Source: an uncultured Armatimonadia bacterium (GTDB lineage: Bacteria > Armatimonadota > Zipacnadia > Zipacnadales > JABUFB01). Taken from it: a stretch of 12,524 bases of DNA. The notes beneath the pieces are model-generated. The model was not told the DNA's origin and did not search any database. It was given only the letters and a program-made list of their open reading frames with translations. The first letter of the stretch is position 1. Each line of letters begins with the position of its first letter. Location: positions 1-12,524 of the forward strand of contig CAYRFY010000184.1 in NCBI GenBank assembly GCA_964423635.1, read 5' to 3'. The position numbers and the translations under genes were made by a program. Positions 7,231 to 12,524 of the stretch are shown piece by piece.

Positions 7231-7821
7231 ATGCGAATGGATCGACTCAGGCGCCTGTGGCGTGCGCTGCTGCGGTTTCTCACCGGAGAGGATGAGCCGG
7301 TTGCCGTTCGCCCCGAGGCCGCCGAGCGCGAACTCAGCGCTCTGCGGAACATCGCCGCGCTAGCCGTGGCCCAGGCTCAGCGCGCCGAACTGGAGTTGCG
7401 CGAAGCGTTGGCCGACCCCTCAACGATGCCGGGCGAACTGGACAGTCTGATGCTCCAGCTCACGGAGCTGCGCGACCGCGCGCGCCGGGACGTCGTGGCC
7501 TACAGAGAGCATCAGCGCGGCGTGGCCGAGGCCCTGGAGCGTCTGGGGGAGGCGACCCGCGCCGCCGAGGTCGGTCGTCAGCGCGAGGAGATGCGGCGTT
7601 TCCTGGCCCGGTCTGAAGCGGCCATGGATCTCGAAGCTCTCCAGGCCATCGAGGACGAAGCCAGAGCCGAAGCCGCGCGCCTCGATTTCCTGCAGCAATT
7701 GGAGGCCGGTCACGATCCCGGAATCCACCGTCCCGAGCCCCGGGAACCCGGTGACCTCAGGCAGAGGGCACAGGCCCTCGTGGACCAGAGCGCCTTTTCT
7801 GACCTGCTGGGAAATGACTGA
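7231..7821 (+). CDS. PspA/IM30 (Vipp1)-like coiled-coil protein of about 196 aa. Family assignment is tentative.
   Basis: The N-terminus MRMDRLRRLWRALLRFLTGEDEP matches the PspA N-terminal amphipathic-helix pattern DRLxRxxRAxLxxLxxxAEDP as I recall it. The rest is an uninterrupted Ala/Glu/Arg/Leu-rich alpha-helical coiled coil. The track ORF began at a TTG at 7147, but I placed the start at the first ATG (7231). The ATG at 7237 is an alternative, since GGGGA lies at 7225-7229. The stop TGA is at 7819-7821. Confidence 0.6.
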   Translation: MRMDRLRRLWRALLRFLTGEDEPVAVRPEAAERELSALRNIAALAVAQAQRAELELREALADPSTMPGELDSLMLQLTELRDRARRDVVAYREHQRGVAEALERLGEATRAAEVGRQREEMRRFLARSEAAMDLEALQAIEDEARAEAARLDFLQQLEAGHDPGIHRPEPREPGDLRQRAQALVDQSAFSDLLGND

Positions 7822-7939
7822 ACGCCTCACGCCCGGACACACGGTCCGGTTCGGAAGCCGTGGCTAACGTTTGGCACGCGACGATCTACATAGCTGTTGG
7901 GACCCCGCTACTGACGGACGCGAAAGGGGGCTCTCTAGT

Positions 7940-8737
7940 ATGGACCTCTTGGCATGGTGGAACGTCGTCTTCGTCGTCCCCATCGGCCTGTCGGTGCTCT
8001 ACCTGATACTCAGCGCCACCGGCATGGGCGGCGACACCGGGCACGACCATGATCTCGAGACCCAGATGGACCACGACGTGGACCTCACCCATGATGTGGA
8101 CATGGACCACGACGTAGACATCGACCACGACGTGGACATGGATCATGACGTGGACGTCGACCACGACGTGGAGACGCTGCATGGCGTCGACGCGCACCAC
8201 ACGGTGGCCGCGGGCGATGCCCACGACTCGCTGGCTCATGACTTCCACCATGAGGCCGACACTCCCCTGTGGCTCCGGGCCCTGTCGGTGATCGGGTTCG
8301 GCAAGGTGCCGGTGTCGATCATCATGACGTGCCTCAGCGTCATCTTCGGTGTCGTCGGGCTGGCGGCCAACAGTCTCTTCGAGCACGGCCTGAGCGGGAA
8401 GCTGCCGCCCACGGTGTACTTCTGGCCCTCCTTCGCGCTGGCCGCCGTGGTCTCGCTGTCTTTCACCGGGAGCTTCGCTCGCCTGATGGCCCGCTACATG
8501 CCCACCAGCGAGACCTATGCCGAGACGCCCCAGGACTTGGTGGGGCGGCTGGGAACCGTGGTCTTCGCCCTGAGGGAGGGCGAGAAGGGTGTCGTGGACG
8601 TGAAGGATCACGGTGGCACCTGGCACCGTATTGCCGCTCAGCCTGTGTCCGGCGACATTCCCAAGGAGAGTGAGGTCATCGTGGTTCGTTACCACCGCGA
8701 CGGCGACTATTACGATGTGACGGTGTCGCCACTGTAG
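7940..8737 (+). CDS. NfeD-like (YqiJ/YuaF-type) membrane protein with three predicted TM helices and a C-terminal OB-fold beta-barrel. It carries an unusual His/Asp-rich repetitive loop between TM1 and TM2.
   Basis: The C-terminal sequence LVGRLGTVVFALREGEKGVVDVKDHGGTWHRIAAQP...EVIVVRYHRDGDYYDVTV fits the NfeD C-terminal OB-fold signature. The hydrophobic helices are LLAWWNVVFVVPIGLSVLYLILSA, LSVIGFGKVPVSIIMTCLSVIFGVVGLAA and FWPSFALAAVVSLSFTGSF. The ATG at 7940 is preceded by AAAGGGGG. The track's TTG at 7871 adds a non-protein-like leader. The stop TAG is at 8735-8737. The gene lies immediately upstream of a flotillin gene, which is the classic NfeD-SPFH pairing. Confidence 0.8.
   Translation: MDLLAWWNVVFVVPIGLSVLYLILSATGMGGDTGHDHDLETQMDHDVDLTHDVDMDHDVDIDHDVDMDHDVDVDHDVETLHGVDAHHTVAAGDAHDSLAHDFHHEADTPLWLRALSVIGFGKVPVSIIMTCLSVIFGVVGLAANSLFEHGLSGKLPPTVYFWPSFALAAVVSLSFTGSFARLMARYMPTSETYAETPQDLVGRLGTVVFALREGEKGVVDVKDHGGTWHRIAAQPVSGDIPKESEVIVVRYHRDGDYYDVTVSPL
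8065..8172 (+). repeat. Six copies of an 18-bp in-frame tandem repeat (consensus atggaccacgacgtggac) encoding (M/L/I/V)(D/T)HDVD x6 inside the NfeD-like gene.
   Basis: Read directly: atggaccacgacgtggac / ctcacccatgatgtggac / atggaccacgacgtagac / atcgaccacgacgtggac / atggatcatgacgtggac / gtcgaccacgacgtggag. Confidence 0.9.
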
Positions 8738-8888
8738 GCGTTCGCCGTCCTTCATCCCCGTCCTCGCGACCGCGGGCCTTCAGCCCGCAGGACGTAGGCC
8801 GGCCGTCGTCGCCGTTCCTTGCCCCACCCGGAAGTCCGGCGGGAATCCAGGTTCTCCGCCTTGTATCTTGCATATCTCACGCCGCAAT

Positions 8889-8895
8889 AGGAGGG
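8889..8895 (+). promoter_or_regulatory. Shine-Dalgarno AGGAGGG for the flotillin gene (7-nt spacer to the GTG at 8903).
   Basis: Read directly from aataggagggacagaccGTG. Confidence 0.55.
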
Positions 8896-8902
8896 ACAGA
8901 CC

Positions 8903-10819
8903 GTGGCACTGGCAATCGGCATGATCTTCGTCGGTGCGTTCCTGATCTTCTGGCCGGCCAGCGCGCTGCAGGGGCCGACCCAGGTGATCTTGATGACCGT
9001 CGGCGCGATTGTACTGCTCGTGGCCGCCGTGGTGGTCATCATCGCCAAGCTCTACCAGAGGGCCAGCGCCAACGAGGCCTTCGTCAAGACAGGCATGGGA
9101 GGGCCGAAAGTCGTACTGGACGGCGGCGCCATCGTCATCCCCGTCGTCCACAAGGTTGTCCCGGTGCGCCTGGAGACCATGAAGCTCGAGGTTGAGCGCG
9201 CGGGTGAGGATGCCTTGATCACCAAGGATAACCTGCGTTGTGACATCAGGGCCGAGTTCTACATCAAGGTACAGGCGGTCAAGGACGACATCCTCAACGC
9301 CTCCCGCTCCCTGGGCGGGCGCTCCATCGACGCCGGTGCCGTGCGCGACCTCGTCTTCGAGAAGCTCGTGTCCGCCCTGCGCTCCGTGGCCGCCACCCGT
9401 GACCTGTCCACTCTCCACACCGAGCGCGACGACTTCGCCAACGCCGTGTCGCAGCTCGTGCGCGAGGACCTCAAGTCCAACGGCCTCACCCTCGAGTCCG
9501 TGACCATCTCCCGTCTTGACCAGACGGACACCAAGCGCCTCAACGAGAACAACGTCTTCGACGCCCAGGGCCTGCGGAAGATCGCCGAGATCACTCAGAA
9601 GGCCCGGGTCGAGCGCAACCTCTACGAGCGAGACGCTGAACGGGCGATCGCCAATAAGGACGTGGAGACCCGCAAGCAAATCCTCGACCTGGACCTCGAT
9701 CAGGCCAATGCCGAGGCCACTCAGGCCGCCGAGGTGGCCAAGATCCGGGCCGAGCGCGAACAGGAGGCCGCGACGTATCAGATCGAGCAGCGCCGCCTGA
9801 TGGAGACGGCCGAGATCGACAAGGACCGCCAGGTGCAGCAGCGCGGCGTGGACCGCGACCTGCAGGTGGAGTCGGCCAAGGTCGAGGCCGAAAAGGCCCT
9901 CATCGCCAAGCAGCAGGAGCGCCAGACCACCGATATCGCCCGCAACCAGGCCATCGAAACCAAGGACGTCGAGCGCGTCAGGACCGTCGAGATCGCCAAG
10001 CGTGAGCAGTCCATCGCCGTGGCCGAGGCCGAGCAGCGCCGGGCCCTGGCCGAGCAGCAGCAGCTCACGGCCGAGGCCGAGCGCGAAGCCGCTCAGCAGG
10101 AGGTCATCACCGTCGAGCAGGTCGCCGAGGCCGACCGCACCAAGCGAGTGCAGGTCATCAGCGCCGAGCAGCAGGCGGAGCAGGAGAAGATCAAGCGGCA
10201 GATGGAAGCCGATATCGAGGCCTACCAGGCCGCAAAGATCGCCGAGGGTGAGCAGCAGGCCGCCGTCCAGATGGCCGTGGCGATCCGCACCAAGGCCGAG
10301 GCCGAAAAGGACGCCGCCACACTGCGCGCTACCGGTGAGCAGGCCCAGCAGATGGTGCCCGTCAACGTCACCCGTGAGCAGGTCTCCGTCGACGCCGCTC
10401 GCGTGCAGGATGTCGAAGCCGCCAGGGTCCAGGTACTCCGCAATGAGCTCTCAGCGAAGGCCGAGTACGAGCAGATCTCCGTCGAGCTGGAGAAGGCCCT
10501 CGCCGAGATCGAGGCCCGCAAGGAAGTGGGCGTCGCCTTCGCCAACAGCTTCGGGGACGCGTTCAGCAATGCCGACGTGGACCTCTACGGCTCGCCCGAG
10601 ACGCTGGCCACAGCCATGAGCGCCTTCGGCAAGGCCGCCGGCATCGGGGCCTTCATGGATGGTCTGAACCGGAGCATGCCGGACGAGACCATGTCCACCA
10701 TCCAGAGCCTCCTACAGCGACTGGCACCCGGCGTCGCCTCTGCCCCCACGCCGGCCACTGAGGAAGATAAGCCGGAGACCGACGAGCAGGCCGAGGACAC
10801 GCAGCCCGCACCGGAGTAG
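8903..10819 (+). CDS. Flotillin-like SPFH/Band-7 protein (YqiK/FloT family) of 638 aa. It has an N-terminal membrane anchor, an SPFH domain, then a long Glu/Ala/Gln-rich coiled coil and a C-terminal tail.
   Basis: The N-terminal block YQRASANEAFVKTGMGGPKVVLDGGAIVIPVVHKVVPVRLETMKLEVERAGEDALITKDNLRCDI closely parallels the conserved start of enterobacterial YqiK and Bacillus FloT flotillins. It is followed by EA-rich heptad repeats (AEAEQRRALAEQQQLTAEAEREAAQQE...). GTG start with a strong SD. The stop TAG is at 10817-10819. Confidence 0.9.
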   Translation: MALAIGMIFVGAFLIFWPASALQGPTQVILMTVGAIVLLVAAVVVIIAKLYQRASANEAFVKTGMGGPKVVLDGGAIVIPVVHKVVPVRLETMKLEVERAGEDALITKDNLRCDIRAEFYIKVQAVKDDILNASRSLGGRSIDAGAVRDLVFEKLVSALRSVAATRDLSTLHTERDDFANAVSQLVREDLKSNGLTLESVTISRLDQTDTKRLNENNVFDAQGLRKIAEITQKARVERNLYERDAERAIANKDVETRKQILDLDLDQANAEATQAAEVAKIRAEREQEAATYQIEQRRLMETAEIDKDRQVQQRGVDRDLQVESAKVEAEKALIAKQQERQTTDIARNQAIETKDVERVRTVEIAKREQSIAVAEAEQRRALAEQQQLTAEAEREAAQQEVITVEQVAEADRTKRVQVISAEQQAEQEKIKRQMEADIEAYQAAKIAEGEQQAAVQMAVAIRTKAEAEKDAATLRATGEQAQQMVPVNVTREQVSVDAARVQDVEAARVQVLRNELSAKAEYEQISVELEKALAEIEARKEVGVAFANSFGDAFSNADVDLYGSPETLATAMSAFGKAAGIGAFMDGLNRSMPDETMSTIQSLLQRLAPGVASAPTPATEEDKPETDEQAEDTQPAPE

Positions 10820-10851
10820 ACGCCGGCAGCGACGCCACCAGGCCACGATCG

Positions 10852-10885
10852 CGGCGACGGCTCCCTGCTACGGGAGCCGTCGCCG
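10852..10885 (+). terminator. Putative intrinsic terminator of the PspA-like/NfeD/flotillin operon. The stem cggcgacggctccc with loop tgcta and gggagccgtcgccg is followed by GTTCTTG.
   Basis: A 13 to 14-bp perfect GC-rich inverted repeat lies 33 nt after the flotillin stop codon. The T-tract is short (ttcttg), as is common in high-GC genomes. Confidence 0.45.
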
Positions 10886-11120
10886 GTTCTTGATAAACTG
10901 TGGGCTGTGTTGCAGGGGAAAGCCAATCGCCGTCGCCGTTGTCGTGGTCCCTCTCCCGCGGCTCGTATTCTGAGTGTCGGATGGGCCGGGAGAGAGGGCG
11001 CCGTCCCTGTCGTTTCCCAGCCTCTCCCCAGCCGCTCCCCTGCCTCAGTTGCCACCGCCCCTCGTCTCTGGTAAACTCGCCGGGCTGTCCTCGCACCGCC
11101 GCCGACCTGCTTTGGAGACC

Positions 11121-11126
11121 AGGAGA
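11121..11126 (+). promoter_or_regulatory. Shine-Dalgarno AGGAGA for the aminotransferase gene (7-nt spacer to the ATG at 11134).
   Basis: Read directly from ggagaccaggagatcgagttATG. Confidence 0.55.
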
Positions 11127-11133
11127 TCGAGTT

Positions 11134-12524
11134 ATGACCGCTGCCGCAGACCTCAGTTTCGCAGATCTGATGAACGACCATTCCGGAGAGATGGCCACCG
11201 CCATGCGGGCGGGCAGCGAGTATCTCACCTCCGGCTCCACAGCCGAGCTCCTGGCGCAGGTGGGGCGCACCGTGCCCTCCGTGCCCGCAGCGCGGTTCCC
11301 CGACAAGAGGTGGTTTCAGCTCTCGTACGGCCGCGAGGTCAATGACAGGCCCAACGAACTGCTGGTGGGCAAGGGACTCTTCTACCTTACCGAACAGGGC
11401 AGGCTCTATCTCGACTGCACCGGCGGGCACTACCAGATGACCTGGGGCTACGATCATCCGCAGTTGCACGCCCTGCTGCTGGACGGCATCCAGCGGGGCA
11501 TCGTCTGGGACAATCACAGCAACATCCCCTCGGCGCCGGTCAAACGCCTGGCCCAGAAGCTGGTGGAGGTCGCCAATCCGGGGGCTGATATGCGCCTCGT
11601 TCAGACCGATGGTGACAGGCTCAATACGGTACTGCTCGGTACCGCCACCGGCACCGTGGCCTGCGCCGCCGCCATGAAGATCCAACTCCTGCACTATTCC
11701 CGTGTCAAGCCCAATCAGGGCGCGCCGGTCTTCGTGGTCCTGGACGGCAACTACCACGGCACCGACATGTTCGCTCAGCACCTGCGGGGCATGTGGCCGG
11801 GGTTGTTTGCCAATGTGCGGATCGTCACCGTGGAGCCCAATGACCCGGAAGAGCTCCGGCAGGCCGTCGCCACACACGGCCGACGCATCGCCGGTTTCTG
11901 GGCCGAGCCGATCATGATGAACCGCGAGGCCATCGAGGTGCAGCCCGAGTATTTGCGCCTCGCTCGCGAGCTGTGCGATGAGACCGGCGCGCTCATGGCC
12001 ATCGACGAGATCCAGACGGGCTTTTGGTACCCCGAGGTCTTCTACACCAAGCGCCTCGGCATCGAGCCAGATTTCATCGTCCTGGGCAAAGGCCTCACCG
12101 CCGGCCTGCACCCGCTCTCGGCCCTCCTCTACCGGGGCAAGCTGGACATCCTGGAGCAATATGACGCCATCAGCACCAATGGCAATGCGGCCCTGGCCGC
12201 GTACGTGGCTCTCGGATGCATCGAGCTGATCCAGCGCAACGCACAGCACATCGGGCAGATGGGGGAGAGGTTCCATACGGGGATGCGGGCTCTGGCGGCG
12301 AGATTCCCGGAGTTGCTGGTCGAGGCCCGGGGCGTCGGACACTTGTCGGGCCTCAAGTTCCAAAGCCGCGAGGACGCCCTGGGCTTCCACCGCCAGATCG
12401 TGGAGGAGGGCTACTGGCTCCGGGCCCATGCCTATCACGAGGGGCACAGCACGATCCTTACCAAGTTCGCCCTCCCGATGGACGAAGAAGTGGCCGACCA
12501 TACGCTGGCCAAGATCGGGAGCGT
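11134..12524 (+). CDS. Class-III pyridoxal-phosphate-dependent aminotransferase (acetylornithine/GABA/omega-transaminase family). The 3' end is truncated by the window edge (463 codons or more, no stop seen).
   Basis: The ORF is open from the ATG at 11134 to the window end, with strong G/C third-position bias. The class-III signature DEIQTGF is at about residue 291 and the PLP-lysine motif VLGKGLTAG at about residue 319. The N-terminal glycine-rich substrate-loop pattern is LYLDCTGGHYQMTWGYDHPQL. It is absent from the ORF track, apparently because the track lists only stop-terminated ORFs. The 638-aa minus-strand ORF 10585..12501 that overlaps it is its antisense shadow. Confidence 0.85.
   Translation, partial: MTAAADLSFADLMNDHSGEMATAMRAGSEYLTSGSTAELLAQVGRTVPSVPAARFPDKRWFQLSYGREVNDRPNELLVGKGLFYLTEQGRLYLDCTGGHYQMTWGYDHPQLHALLLDGIQRGIVWDNHSNIPSAPVKRLAQKLVEVANPGADMRLVQTDGDRLNTVLLGTATGTVACAAAMKIQLLHYSRVKPNQGAPVFVVLDGNYHGTDMFAQHLRGMWPGLFANVRIVTVEPNDPEELRQAVATHGRRIAGFWAEPIMMNREAIEVQPEYLRLARELCDETGALMAIDEIQTGFWYPEVFYTKRLGIEPDFIVLGKGLTAGLHPLSALLYRGKLDILEQYDAISTNGNAALAAYVALGCIELIQRNAQHIGQMGERFHTGMRALAARFPELLVEARGVGHLSGLKFQSREDALGFHRQIVEEGYWLRAHAYHEGHSTILTKFALPMDEEVADHTLAKIGS

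Noticed and set aside
7871-7939. An upstream TTG start for the NfeD-like gene (adding MARDDLHSCWDPATDGRERGLSS).
   Set aside because: The extension is hydrophilic and non-conserved-looking. The ATG at 7940 begins directly at the first TM helix and has a G-rich SD-like element upstream. I kept the shorter model but cannot exclude the longer one.
7886-9679. Minus-strand ORFs 7886..8755 (289 aa) and 8780..9679 (299 aa).
   Set aside because: They are antisense shadows of the NfeD-like and flotillin genes. Their translations are His/Val/Asp-rich and Gly/Leu/Val-rich respectively, which are mirror-image artefacts of the sense-strand repeats.
10585-12501. A 638-aa minus-strand ORF.
   Set aside because: It is the antisense of the aminotransferase gene, whose plus-strand frame carries the unmistakable class-III motifs DEIQTGF and GKGLTAG plus a strong SD. 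The minus-strand translation is Gly/Arg/Ala-rich junk.
1-12524. Scan for tRNA/rRNA genes, CRISPR arrays, integrases or transposases, and toxin-antitoxin pairs.
   Set aside because: No T-arm-like GGTTCGAnTCC motifs in an intergenic context. No regularly spaced direct repeats apart from the in-frame 18-bp coding repeat. No ORF with recombinase or transposase motifs. I found nothing to report in these classes.

Overview
This is a very GC-rich bacterial chromosomal window: third codon positions are almost all G/C, and long spurious antisense ORFs are abundant. I found no rRNA, tRNA, CRISPR array, transposase or integrase. Nine protein-coding genes are supportable. On the minus strand, in transcription order: a roughly 960-aa signal-peptide-bearing secreted multidomain protein (1890..4778); a Cys-rich cytoplasmic protein built from four tandem CPxC...CxxCxGIWxDxxEL zinc ribbons plus a central CxxC...CxxC ribbon (882..1826); and two tandem paralogous single-pass membrane proteins with a conserved coiled-coil core that are PspB-like in architecture (478..825 and 92..439). 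Also on the minus strand is a membrane-anchored PAS hybrid sensor histidine kinase with a C-terminal receiver domain (5150..6811). After a roughly 420-bp gap, a divergently oriented plus-strand cluster encodes a PspA/IM30-like coiled-coil protein (7231..7821), an NfeD-like membrane protein with a C-terminal OB-fold (7940..8737) and a YqiK/FloT-type flotillin (SPFH/Band-7, 8903..10819). That cluster ends in a GC-rich hairpin terminator. After a 314-nt leader, a class-III PLP aminotransferase (11134..>12524) runs off the window; it is absent from the supplied ORF track, which appears to list only stop-bounded ORFs. The most unusual content is a stand-alone membrane-stress and membrane-microdomain locus: PspA-like, NfeD and flotillin, facing an orphan hybrid kinase, with a second module of duplicated PspB-like peptides and a multi-zinc-ribbon protein nearby. 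The NfeD homologue carries a six-copy 18-bp in-frame tandem repeat encoding (M/I/V/L)(D/T)HDVD, embedded in a roughly 90-residue His/Asp-only loop.
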